Assembly: GCA_012295275.1 (NCBI GenBank)
Contig: CM022679.1
Coordinates: 21,514,001 to 21,578,000, forward strand
Length of the DNA stretch: 64,000 nt
DNA from: Chrysomallon squamiferum
Lineage: Eukaryota > Animalia > Mollusca
Direction of reading: 5' to 3'
A program made the position numbers and the translations under genes. A model generated the notes under the pieces. The model was not told where the DNA came from. It was given only the letters and a program-made list of their open reading frames with translations, and did not search any database. Positions 1-13,791 of this stretch are shown here, one piece after another. Each line of letters opens with the position of its first letter. The stretch's first letter is position 1.

Positions 1-577
1 TGAATATCTTTACATTCTTACTTTAACAATTATTTTGTTATTTTGTTCGTTCTGAAGTCCTGACTGAAAATAAAAAAAAATTGTCGTTCTTAAAACAAAA
101 TGTATAGTTGAAATAAAAGGACGAAATAAAATTTTGATTGGAAAAGAAAAGTTCCTGATGATTCTAAAAGAGAATATAAAATTTAAATAAAAGAGTGAAT
201 TGATGAGATTCTGAAATAGAAATTTTGATTGAAAAATAGGATTTCCTGGTGATTGTAAATTTGAATATAAAACAGAAGTAATAGATTGAGTAGGTGAATG
301 ACTCGGCTGAAACATTTGTAACTACAAGTGGATGAATAAATCAATAAATAGTTTTAATGTTACAAGCTTTTCTTTTTTTGGTTTTACTTCATTATTTATT
401 TATTTATTTATTTATTATTTATTTATCTATTTATTTTATTTTATTTTATTTATTTATTTATTTGTTATGCTATGCTATTTTTTATTTATTATAATTTTTT
501 TTTCTAATTTTTTATTTTTATTTTTGAGTAAGTGTTTTTAATTTTTAATTATTAAAGATTTTATTGGAATTGTTTTT

Positions 578-614
<37 letters not shown>

Positions 615-3600
615 GTATTATTATTTTGTTTCATTTTGTATATGTTGGTATAGTAAAAAATCACCAGCTACTTTTATATATACCAACCCATAGACAGGAG
701 AAAAAATGTGTAACAAATCAACTGTCTTGAAATATCACACTGTGTACACCAAAAAGGGATTGAATGAGGAAATTTTCAGACTTCATAATGAGAAGTCTAA
801 CAAATGAAATGAATCTAATGACATTAATAACCTTACAGCAATTACCAGACGGTGTAATAATCAACTGTTAATTTGAACGTGAGTTCTGTTACCACTGTCA
901 TCTTGCTCAGGTCACTCACCTCACTTTCCCTGACACACTAGATGTGTTTGCTGACTGTGATGTAACAGGTTGTTAGACCAACAATACTGTTACCTGTCAG
1001 AAAAGATGCTTTATCGACTTTTTTTTTTTTTACACAGGTGCAGTGTCAAAAATCTCTAATAAGTAATAAAAAAAAATAATAATAATAATAAGAAAAGAAA
1101 ATAAAAATAGAAAAGAAAAGAAACAGAAGAACATGCTGTTTAGAAATTAACCACTATTTAGGTAAAGGTAATTCAGATTTAGTGATGAGAGACCAGGATG
1201 TAGAGGCCATGTTCTCTAGTGACGATGACATGGCAGCCATTTTTGTTTTTAAAAATATTTATACCTAACTGCAAACAGGATTATTTCTGACATTGATTAC
1301 ATATATCTCTTCATGTGAGTTTTTTTTTATGTGTGTCAAACTTCAGAATCAAATTATTTTTAGTTAACCAGTATTTCATTCTAAGGTGTAAAAAAAAAAA
1401 AAGATTTTAAATATAAAAAGAAAGAAGAAGAAGAAAAAAATCTATTCAATTTTCTTCTCTCATTTTCTTGAGTCCACAGGGGTTTTAACCATTTTGTATC
1501 AATTTCACTTTCTAATCTGTAATTTTAGTCAAAGTAATCGATAATAATATTGTGCAATTTTTATCTTTTTTAGCTACAAAACTACAATAAAAATAGAAAT
1601 AATAGCTGTTAAAGAATCTATTAAGAGGAATATTTGATTTAAAAAAAATAATAGTAAAAAAATATAAAAATAAAATAAATAAATAAATAAAAATGATGCA
1701 AATGAAATCAGAAGATTGAAACACAGCCAGTGGCAAATGTAGTAAAAAAAAATATTTAAAAAGATTTATTTTAGATGAAATAAATAAAAATAAATACATC
1801 CATTGTTAAAATAATTAAATTGAGGTACTGGCAAACATTAGAAAAACTGTTGTAGCTTGACAAAACTGAACAAAAAATTTAATTAAATCTGACAATTTCC
1901 TTAAGAAGCAAGCCAAAGTAAAGTGAATAAATTAAATGAGGGGTTGAGAAAAACAAATTTCAGTTAAAGTTGTTTAATAATAAGAGTTTGGGGTTTTAAG
2001 CATTATATCGATTATTGAATATTTAAATAAATAAAATAAAATGCAAATTTAAAAAAGAAAATTTGTTAGAAATGAAAATAACAAGAATGAAGGATTCAGA
2101 GGATCAACAGAGAAATGATATTTTATTTATTTTTACTCTCTCTCTCTCTCTCTCTCTCTCTGTCTGTACTTGCATCTGTATGTACAATAGTGATAATGTA
2201 TTAAGAAAAATTGTGATAATCTAATTTAAAAGATGATAAAATAATTTAAAAAATATTTAAAAAATAATTTTTCATAAATATATTTATTGTCATAATTATA
2301 ATTAAATTTTATTATATATTTGTTATCAATCTCACTATCTAATATTTTATTAAAAAATATATCTAATAAAAACATACTAATGTTTTTCACCCCTATTATT
2401 TTGAAATGTAAATTTGCAATTACGCATTTATTTTAATACAAGTAAAGAAGTTTTCAAACATGAGGATCAAATACAGAGGAATATTAAGAAGTTTAGCCTG
2501 AAACACGGTCATTGTAATTGCAGAAAGTAAAAGAAAAAAAACAAAAAAAAACTGATGATTCGAGAAAACCTTTTAATATTGTCACTGACGTCAAACATGA
2601 TTACCCTTACAAAAAAAGAAAGACATCTCTGCTTTGTAAACGAATTCTGTAATGACATTCTCTAATAACGTCGTCACAGAGACAGGGAAAAAAATTGATT
2701 ATTTTAATTAACTGTTACATCAGATGTCTGTTTTAGCCCTTTTTGTTGTTTAAAGAGATTGATGAAGAGTTGAAAATTTTAAACAAAAGAAAATTGCAAT
2801 TTTCTCCTCTGTTCTTGTCCATTTTAATCTCTTGTTATTCAAGCCTACCTGAGCAAACATTGTAAATTGAATTCACCTTTTTGTTTCTGATGAACATTAA
2901 AGTTATATTTCTGTCCTTTCCTCCGCCCACACATGTCAACTTTGTAAATTGGGTTTTTGTTGTTTTGTTTTTGTAGTTTTCATTTACTTATTCTGGAATG
3001 GACAAATTGCTTCTGCGAAGAATGAAAACTTGAGTTGTCTTGTTTCAGAGAATTAATATACACTTGAAAAGCTTGTTTTCAGCTTGTCGGCATTCTTCTG
3101 CAAACAGTGGAAATTGGATTTTCGTTTTGACAGTGACAATAAAAGGAAGGGAATTTCTGAAACCGTTCACTTGTTGATTAAATTGTTCAGAGAATAATTT
3201 CATTTTTCTAAATTAAATAAACTGTAACTAAAAAAATGTCTTTCTTTATTCTTGTTTTCTTTCTCTAATAATTCTCTTTTTTTTTCTTTCTTTTCTTTTT
3301 TTTTTTGTTTTTTTTTTATTTACTTCCTTTTCCTTGCTTTTCATATTCAGTTCAATTTTTCTTTTTTTTTTTCTTCTTTTCTTTCTTTTCTCATTCTTTT
3401 TTCTTTTTCTTCCATCTTCCTTTTCTTTTTCTTTTCTTCTCTTTGTTTTTCTTCTTTTTCTGGCTCTTCCTATTTCTTTTTCTTTCTTCTTAAATTACAT
3501 ATCTTTCACTTGAAGTGAACATGAAAAAGACTCTTCTGAAGAATTAATTAAGCCTAATTAAACAAAAGTCATTTTGGTTCAGACAAATGATTCCATTTAA

Positions 3601-4359
3601 GCAGAAACAGCTTTGACTGTTTTTTTGCAGACTACCTATTGCCCATTCATTTGATACATTACCTATAACAATCATAATTGCTTTTTTCTATCACCTGTAC
3701 TTCCCTTCAGATGTGAGTCAAGTAATTTTTACTCCACACTTCAAAGAGTGGCCTAGGAAAGTGTTTAGCTCTGAGGTGTCACATGTTTATGGATCAATTC
3801 TCTTAACTGGGCTGTTTCTTGTTTCACACAGTTCTCCGTGACTAATTTTTCCCCCCTATCTATGGGAAGGTGCAGACAAACGAAAATGTGTTGCTAATCA
3901 GTAAGATTAACACTTTTGCACTGCCATTATGAAGACACTCAGACACACAGATACACACACATACACACAAAGACACACAGAGACACACATACACACAGAG
4001 ACACAGACATATACACAGACATGCAGCACAAAAACACACATTCAGACACATACATACATACATAAACACACACACTCAAATACTCACAATGTTCAAACAT
4101 TTGCATTTACCAAAACACAAACACCCACCCCAATTTATATTAGAATTCCAATAACTAAAGATAAAAAATTAATTGATCATTAAGTTTGTTGTTAAACAAA
4201 GCCAGTCTTTTTGAAGTTTTTAGTTTCAAGTAACAGTTTTGTTTGTTAATGATTCCATCTTGACTTTCATGAATCTCCTTCAGGCAAGTCTTTGTAACAC
4301 CAGAAAACAGCTGCAAGCTGAGTAATCTCCTGAAATTACCTCCATCTTCTTTATTAATG

Positions 4360-4690
4360 AAGTGTGGACTGAAATGATGAATGCTGGTAATGGATGTAAA
4401 TGAGTGGTACTGGACTGAAATGATGAATGCTGGTACTGGATGTAAAAGTCTGGTCTGAAATCATGAATGTTGGTACTGTATGTAAAAATCTGAAATGGTG
4501 AATGTTGATACTGGATGTAAAAGTCTGGACTGAAATGATGAATGTTGATACTGGAGGTAAAAGTCTGGTCTTGACTGAAATGATGAATGCTGATACTGAA
4601 TGTAAAAGTGTGGACTGAAATGGTGAATGTTGATACTGAATATAAATGCCCAATCTGGACTGAAATGATGAATGCTGGTACTTGATATTT
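4360..4690. repeat. Minisatellite, roughly 40-48 bp unit (tggactgaaatgatgaatgctggtactggatgtaaaagtc), 7-8 copies
   Basis: Visible tandem units; explains the repetitive minus-strand ORFs 4354-4700. Confidence 0.9.
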
Positions 4691-4992
4691 TTGATTTCAC
4701 ATTTTATTTAATTAATATAAGTGGTGAGTGCAGATTGATGTTCTAGGTATGTGTTTTAGTGAGAGAGTTAAAAAGTACATGTGTTTTTGTGTTCATCAAT
4801 TTAAATCTTATCATACATTCTGTTTTCCAATATTAATCACTTTGAACTGAAGATTTATATCCATATACACATACACAAACCCATATACATATTCTTTATA
4901 TACATTCTTAATGTATGAAATAATATATGGACAAAATTCACACTGACTGCTTCATTCTAAAAGTATAAACACATCATTTCTGTTTTGTATGT

Positions 4993-5024
<32 letters not shown>

Positions 5025-5648
5025 CTGTGTGTGTGTGTATGTGTGTGTGTGTGTGTTTGTGTTTTAAATGTAAAATAACAAAGACAGCGTTATATATCTT
5101 TAACTAATAATCAGCATCTGGTTAAAATTAATAATACCCTTAATCTGACAAACTATCCACTACTTTTATTTATTTCAGTATTATTCTGTATTATTTTCAG
5201 ACAGCAGAACTGATACAATATTGAGCTGTTTTGCACTTGTCATCTGTATTATATGAATTTCTGTTTTTAATTTACCCCCAGGATATACATTTATATAACA
5301 GATTCTTGTTTCAAAATCCTCGTTAAAGTCACCAAATGATTTTTTTTTCTTATTTAGAAAACCAAAATAACAAGGTATCAGTTATTTTTGTTTAAAAAGA
5401 AAAAAAAAAAAAAAAAGAATTTGAGGCTAAGAAACTGATGACTCAGTCTTTTTAGGAGTTTTGAATTATGCACTCTTAACAGTTTATCCATGTATTCATT
5501 TAGTTTTGTTTATTTATTACGAGGTTTAAATAATAATAATAATAATAATAATAATACAGACATGATATATTAATAAATAAATAAATCTCTTGTGCATAGA
5601 ATCTTGTGTTTTTATGTTATGTTAAATATAGACATCGAAATAATAATG

Positions 5649-5695
<47 letters not shown>

Positions 5696-5848
5696 TATTA
5701 TTATTATTATTATTATACAGTCATGACATATTTATAAATAAATAAAATAAGTTTATATTTTTAGGGTGTAGAATTTTGTGTTTTTATATATTATGTTAAT
5801 GTTTAAGACATACAAATTAAAATAAGACTTTATATTTCTGTTTTGCAG

Positions 5849-6010
5849 GATCCGCGGTTTAACAGCGAGATTGACCAAAAAATGGGTTACAAGACTCGCA
5901 GCATTCTCAGCATGGCCATTAAAGATTCCGAAGGGGAGGTAATTGGGGTGGCGCAGGCCATCAACAAAATCAGCGTGAAGGATGAACCGTTTGATGAACA
6001 TGATGAAAAG
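5849..6010 (+). CDS. PDE11: PDE11-like phosphodiesterase, internal coding exon (GAF-A C-terminal part)
   Basis: ttttgcag|...|gtttga; [54 protein letters not shown] with the GAF NKxxxxxxFDxxDE motif; phase 0-0. Confidence 0.93.
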
Positions 6011-6405
6011 GTTTGATTTTGTTTATATCTTCATTAAGTATACATTTATTTTACAGTATAAGAAAAAAGAAAGTTAATTTTTCAAAATTTGGTAGTGAAA
6101 ATTATTTTAACTTTTTCCATGTCATAACTGGATGTATCCATTCAAAAATTTGTTAACTGTGGAAAGTGGATTTATTTCTCAGCTTGAGAAAGAAGCTTCT
6201 TGTTATGTGAGAAGTGAATACACCCTCCCCCTTCCCCCACACTCCCACACATTGTATCAGTTCAGTCAGATGTGCTGCCATCTGTGGGCCAAGAGCACAA
6301 CACTGGACTTTTTTTCTTTTTCCAGGAGCCATTTTTAATTATGCAGTTAATGGATTAGTCATTTTTTGTAAAGCCAATAAATAAATAAATAAATAAATAA
6401 ACAAA

Positions 6406-6436
<31 letters not shown>

Positions 6437-6985
6437 AAAAAAAAAAGAAACCAAAAAAGAAACAAAAAAAATAAATTTAAAATAATAAAATAAAAATTCA
6501 ACATATAAATATATATATATATATGAAATAATAAAATACATTTTTGCTTTAAGAAAATAAAATTAATTCTATTTTCATTTTTTATAGCAATAGCATATTC
6601 AAATTAAAATTCTTGTCTAAATGTTAACTATAAAATCACAAGTGTATTTTCTTCTTTACATTTTCTTTCATGTGATTTTTATTTTTTATGTGTATAAATC
6701 ATTAATATAGTTGGGAGTTTGTTGTACATAAATATTTTAGTATATAGCACATACGTAAATTCTTTATTCTAAGCAAACCAGATATTTTAATTGCTCTTTT
6801 TCAATTTAATTTTTCAGTTATTGTTAATAATTCTATTTTTTTACTTATTTATATGTAGATCATATATAAATTATTTTTGAAATTCCTTATCTGCAATCCA
6901 AATATTTTAGATGTTTATTTAACAAAATCTTTATATGGGTTTTTAAAAATGTATCACTATATTGATTAATGTACTAATAACACTC

Positions 6986-7067
<82 letters not shown>

Positions 7068-8460
7068 CAAAAATTATTTTCAAATTCCTTATCAGCAAAG
7101 TAAATATATTCAGCTGGTTTTTTTTTTTGTTTTTTTTTCACACGAAATCTTATTACGGGTTTTTAAAAATTCACCACCATAGCGTGCTATTAATTCCGAC
7201 ATCAGCCGCTTTCTCCTGGTAATGAAATAGCCATTACCAGGCAGCAGCTGAGCATGTGACGACATTGAGCATCCAGTTACAACACGCAGAACAGAACAAC
7301 CATCGACAGAATCATTCTAATAACACAACGAACCGTTTATTTGTTTTTTTTATATCCATCGACTAGTGAAGTCGTAAAACGTAAATGAACTAGTGTTTGT
7401 AATAATGAGAAATTGCTATGATTGGTTACCACAAGAAGAAAATGAAAAAAATATTTTTAAAAATATCTGAGTTGTAATTTCAAGGTTATTAAAGTTTTCT
7501 TGGATTCAGGAAAATGAGAGTAATTGCCTTTTGGATAAAGCGAAAGAAAGATCAATCAAATTGTAGCAAGGTGAAATAGGTAGGTTAAAAAAATGTCTGA
7601 TATTCTTTTGGGTGACATGAGAAATGGTAATTTTATATAATCAGGTTCTTTTCTTGTGAAATGTGTAAAAATCAATGTTTAAATTCTTTTTTCTGCGACA
7701 AGTGTATACATTATTTATTAAATTGTTTTCATGAGAAATGTGATATGACTAAATTCTTTTGTTATGAAATATATAAAATTTATGTTTAAATCCTTTTTTT
7801 GTGGAGTATTAAATGATCAAATTCTTTTCAGGTGTTTGACATTAATGTTTTTCATTTGTGATAAATGATATGAAATAATTAAATTCTAATGATGTGTCAT
7901 ATATAATGATTAAAAAATGTTTTTGTGAAATAAATAAAATTAATTATTAAAATGTTTTTTCTGAGGTGAAATGATAATCGTGTTTCAGTGATTTAAACTA
8001 TTTTCAGATCTAAAAGGAAAAAATAATCAGTTCAATTCATTTAAGTTCAGATAGACCAAAATTTTGAAATTTTTCCATTGTGAAAAAAATTAAATATATT
8101 CTATTTATTTTGTGGTGAAAAAAAAAAAATGATTAGGGCTGAGGTGAGTTTTTAAACTGCCATATTGTTAATTAAATTATAAAATTCCACTGAAAAAAAA
8201 AAGACGAAAAAAGGGATATAAACCATCAAATTCTATTTAAATTTCTTTTATTTTAATCCATTTTATAATTATTTTCTTTCACCTTTTTGATTATTATTAT
8301 TATTATTTTATTTTATTTTTTTTTTAAATTTCTTTTATTTTAATTATTATTATTATTATTGAAAACACTTTATTGTTTTTATTTTAAATTAAAAAATATT
8401 TTCATTTCTCTGGTTTTTTATTTTTTTTAACTTATTATTATTATTATTTTTGTTTTTCAG

Positions 8461-8550
8461 GTATTTGCTTCATACCTTGCTTTCTGTGGCATAGGCTTGA
8501 AAAACGCACAACTGTATGAAAAGTCACAAATGGAAAATCGCAGAAATGAG
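8461..8550 (+). CDS. PDE11: PDE11-like exon (GAF-A end/linker helix)
   Basis: tttttcag|...|gtacac; [30 protein letters not shown]. Confidence 0.93.
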
Positions 8551-9113
8551 GTACACAACAACAACAGCAAAATATAAAAATAAAATAAATAAACAAACAA
8601 ATAAATTAACTGACAGCAGAATATAACGATAAAATAAAAATATAAATGAATGAATCATCAAATCAGTGATGATGAGGTGATGTGATTATAATAACAGAAA
8701 TAGTGTTCTTTCTGCCATGATATATTACAGAAAACAGTATGTCTGGAATAGGAAAAATATATATAACAAATGATTTACAGTAAAATCTATGTAAATTGTT
8801 TATGTATATAAAATGAATTTGTTTATAATGTGAAGAAAAAAAAGAAGAAAGTTTTAATACAGACCACTGTACATAACTTTACGAAAATATGATTATTTGT
8901 TTGGAAGAACTGATACTTATATATTTAAACTGTACTTTGCAGAAAAACATTTATTTACTTCAAAATATATATTGCAGAAGAATATTTATTTGTGTATTTA
9001 AAAATATATATTTCAGAAGAATATTTATTTAATTATTTAAAAATATATATTGCTGAAAAATATTTTTTTTCAATATTTAAAAACATTGTTTAATTTATTT
9101 ACTTAATTTCCAG

Positions 9114-9251
9114 GTTCTTCTGGACTTGGCTAGAATAATATTTGAGGAGCAGAACAACTTGGCCAATCTGATTCACAAGATCATGATGCACACTCAGTCT
9201 CTCCTCCAGTGTGAGCGATGCCAGGTGTTACTGGTTGATGAGTTGACAAAG
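9114..9251 (+). CDS. PDE11: PDE11-like exon (GAF-B start)
   Basis: tttccag|...|gtgagt; [46 protein letters not shown]. Confidence 0.93.
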
Positions 9252-10160
9252 GTGAGTCAAGAACAATACATCACTTTATAATACTGTGTCTCAGATACAC
9301 TGAAATTGTTATATCTTACCTGATACTCAGAAAATCATGCGTGATTTCTGTTTGAGTTGTCATATCTTGGAAGGTAATGAGTTGACAAAGGTGAGTAAAA
9401 ATAATATACATGAATCAATTTTTAATATTGTGTATACCAGATATATTGAAATTGTTATTTCTTTCCTGATATATATATAAAAAATATGATGCAATTTCTC
9501 AGTGAATTGTAATGTGTTATTACTGATATTAGATGACAGTTTCAGAAAGGTGAGTGAAAAAACATCCATTTAAAAATTAACATATAAACATCACTATGTA
9601 GTAATATATTGTTTATCTTATGTACAAGTTAAGTTAAAATTACTATGTCTTACCTGATACTTAAAATCATGTTGTTTATTGCTGAGTTACAAAAGGTAAG
9701 TTCGTGTTAAATTTCCATTTAAGAATTGATGTACAACACCATTTTGTTATACTTATATTCAATTCATATTAAATTTGTTACATTTTAACTGATACATAAA
9801 ATCATGATGCACACACAGTATCTCCTTGAGTTGTTGCATGTTGTTGTCAAGGTTACAGAGATATGTAATAATAAATATATAATATTCTACACACATTTAG
9901 ATAATTATATCTTACCTGGCACATACAAATTATGAGCCACTCACAGTTTCACCTGTGATTGACAGATTTTGTTAGTTAATGAGTTACCAGAGTTAAGTAA
10001 AAAATAATATATGTCTTCAGATTAAAAGCAGTTCCCAAAATCTTTTACACAAGAGTTATTTTCTTGGTTTTTTTTTATGTATAACTGTTAAATAAATGCC
10101 AATTTTAATTCTTTACACTGAAGAGTTACCAAAGATGAGTCATAAAGAATATACAACATT
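9176..10160 (+). repeat. Degenerate tandem repeat (roughly 140-160 bp) derived from a PDE exon 3' end plus splice donor
   Basis: Recurrent gagttgacaaaggtgagt-like and atcttacctgatac...aaatcatg motifs. Confidence 0.75.
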
Positions 10161-10537
10161 AATTTAAAGTAATTCTTCATACCACTGTTTTATAGAGTGG
10201 CATTTGTAAGGAAAACAGCAGCATTGAAACTATGCCCATGTCCAAACATCTTAAACCCATCTTTCAGAGATAACTTAGAATAAAATCAGCTTAAAAATAT
10301 GAGCCAGGCTTAATAGAAAAGTAAAAGTGGTGCCCAGTCTTTGATAAATCATCCAGGATGTGTTCCATACTTGTCATACCTTCGCTACACCACTGTTTAT
10401 ATACAGACTGTTTTCTCTTATTTGTTAGATACAAGCTGTATTGAATTTCTGGTTTTTGAAATATTAGTATAAAATAATTCATCATTTTGTATCTCTTACA
10501 CTATAATTATGTGAATTTCTGATGTTGAAGGTGTGTA

Positions 10538-10595
<58 letters not shown>

Positions 10596-11441
10596 TGAAT
10601 TTTTTAGGCTAGGTTTGTGTATTAATTGTCTGCATTTGTGTGTTTATGTGTGTGTGTGTGTATTTATATGAGTATATATATGTATGTATTTTATGTGTGT
10701 GTGTAGATGTATGTATGTATGAATGTACATGTTTGTATATGTGTGTTGGTATGCGTATTTGTACTTGTGTATGAATGAATGTTAATTGCATATGTGAGTA
10801 CGTATTTGTCTGTATGTGTGTGTGTTTGTGTGAGAGGACATATTAACTTGATGCTTGTTTACTGTTTACATACATTTTGAAATATTTGTTCTTTAAAAGA
10901 AGAATTCATTCATTTTAGTTGACATATTTGCACTGGATGATAAGTAAAAAAAAAAAAAATTCAAAACCACCCCAAAAACTCTGTCTTTTAAGTTTTTATT
11001 TTTTAATTTCTGATGAATTTTTATATCTGAACATTTTTTGTATTTCTCTGAAATTATCAAGATTGTGCTGGTAAAATTCTCAGATTTCATCTATTATTAT
11101 ATTTTAGTTTTTATTGAAGAAACCACCGATATTCCAATGCTGGATCCTGTATGTATCTGAAATCACTGATATAACCGTCCAGTGAAAGCTGAAACACAGT
11201 TGCTTTACCACACAGTTCTTGTAAACACAACATATGTGAATATCTGATTATTTCCACTGAAGCTTCATGCAAAAATCTGACTTGGCCTACTAACCATTCC
11301 ATACAATATGTCTATGACAAATTTCCTTAATCCTTTGATACCATTATCCCAGATAACCTATTGTTCAGTTTATCTCTGCTGTAGAATCTGTTTTTTTCTC
11401 CTCTGAGACTGTTAGCCAGACAGAGGTTTGTGTCGGGGCTG

Positions 11442-11584
11442 GTTAAATCCTGTTAACACAGAATGGAAAGAGTAATTTCTGTTAATGTGTGTTTCATACA
11501 GGTTGTAGTCCGAGTGAGATGATGAATGAGGGATGAGTTATTTAGTGCAGGGTTGTGTTATGAATTTGGTGTTGGTGATTATGA

Positions 11585-11679
<95 letters not shown>

Positions 11680-11938
11680 GTATATATGAGGGTGTTCTCT
11701 GTCTCTGTGGGTGTGTATAATGTATATGTTTGTTTATTCTTTACTGTACACAAATTTACACTATATTATACAACATAGTTAAATCCTGTTAACACAGAAT
11801 GGAAAGTGTAATTTCTGTTAATGTGTGTTTCATACAGGTTGTAGTCCGAGTGATGAATGAGGGATGAGTTATTTAGTGCAGGGTTGTGTTATGAATTTGT
11901 ATTATGTTTGTGTGTGTGTTGTGTGTGTTTTGTGTGTT

Positions 11939-11976
<38 letters not shown>

Positions 11977-12060
11977 TGTATATGTGAGGGTGTTCTCTGT
12001 TATACAACACTATGTTTGTTTATTCTTTACTGTACACAAATTTACACTATATTATACAAC
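11442..12060. repeat. Tandem duplication of a roughly 335-bp unit containing (GT)n(GA)n
   Basis: gttaaatcctgttaacacagaatggaaag... occurs at 11442 and 11778 with near-identical following sequence. Confidence 0.9.
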
Positions 12061-12480
12061 ACTACACCATATGTCATGACATTATGCCACATATCACATG
12101 ACGACATCACTTCAAGATGCTGTATACTACATTGTGTCATATATCACATCATTTCATGTAACACATTTTATTTCACATCAGAACTTAATATACATCACAT
12201 TTTCATTGAGCACATATCATATATCACATCATCTGTATCATATATCACATAATCTATATCATATATCACATATCTCATACACTTCATCATATATCATAAG
12301 ACCACATCACATAATAAATACTATTAATACTATTTTGAAGATTTCTAGGATTTGGTAAATTCTAGTCACACTGTGGTTTAGTACAATAATACTGATAGAA
12401 CACTACTGTGTGGTAAATAATACACATATGTTATTTAATACATAGTCATGTGTGTGATGCTTTTTTCTGTAATTTCTCAG

Positions 12481-12501
12481 ATGTTTGAGAGCACAGATCA
12501 A
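12481..12501 (+). CDS. PDE11: Candidate 21-nt in-frame microexon of the PDE11-like gene (MFESTDQ)
   Basis: tgatgcttttttctgtaatttctcag|ATGTTTGAGAGCACAGATCAA|gtgagt; phase 0-0 matches flanking exons. Confidence 0.55.
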
Positions 12502-13347
12502 GTGAGTATAACACCTGAAACTTTATTATTATTAAACTCTTTTCCCCTTGAATGTTCATTTACGTCTCTCTCAATAATTTCTGATTTATAAACTGGAACT
12601 CCTTATCTGCATGGTTCTTTACAGACACTGAAAGTTAATGTTAGTTTTCACCTGTAAATTATGATTTGATTTACATTTGAAACAGTGTTGAAGTAACGTG
12701 TTTTATTTAGTTATTTTTCATTTTGTGATTAGAATTTTGTTTAAGATAAATAAATAAATAAATAAATAAATAAGAAGTAGTTATGATAATTAAAAATAAA
12801 AATAAATAATAAAAAATAACACTATAAGTAAAAAAAATAAAAAGATAAAGATGTACCAATAATATCAAATAAAATGTTTAATAATATTTCACAGTAATAT
12901 AAGAAAGGAATAGTATAGTTTTTTGTTTGTTATTTTCATTAAAAACAAAAAAAATCAATAAATAAAAAAATAAAAACAAACGTTAAATAAAATAATAATA
13001 ATAAAAAATCAATATAAAAATCTAAGTAATTAACAACTCCAATACGTTTTTTTATGTGTAATAATAGTATAAGAAAATAAATGTTATTTCTGTTCTGTTT
13101 GTTACTCCTACCAGTTTACCAGCAAGTAATTTTATTATATCAACTACCCATTAATGCTTTTATATGAGACATTGGTTGGAATTGGAAAGTAGCTTAATAA
13201 TTCAACAACAAGATTTTATCTTCTAACAACATCTCACCTTATTAATGCTTTATAACTTCAGCCATGTTCCCTCCCTCTTATAACACCTATTTTTTTATTT
13301 GCTTTAAATTCACATCAGATATTTATTATTCCATTTAATAGAATAAG

Positions 13348-13580
<233 letters not shown>

Positions 13581-13746
13581 TTGTGTTTTTCAATTTGAAA
13601 AAGGAAATGGAGACATTTGTTATTCATTTGTTTCTAGATTGCGGTGACTGCATGGGAAACTAAGAATGTTTATAAATTATGTACACGTAATAAAGTGAAA
13701 CCTGAAACAGCAGTGGTAAAATTAGCTTTATTATTTTAGTAGTGTG

Positions 13747-13791
<45 letters not shown>

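Noticed and set aside
4360-4690. Repeated ATGATGA and CTGA motifs suggesting a C/D snoRNA array or a CRISPR-like array
   Set aside because: Head-to-tail minisatellite with no unique spacers, terminal stems or recognisable guides; eukaryotic context
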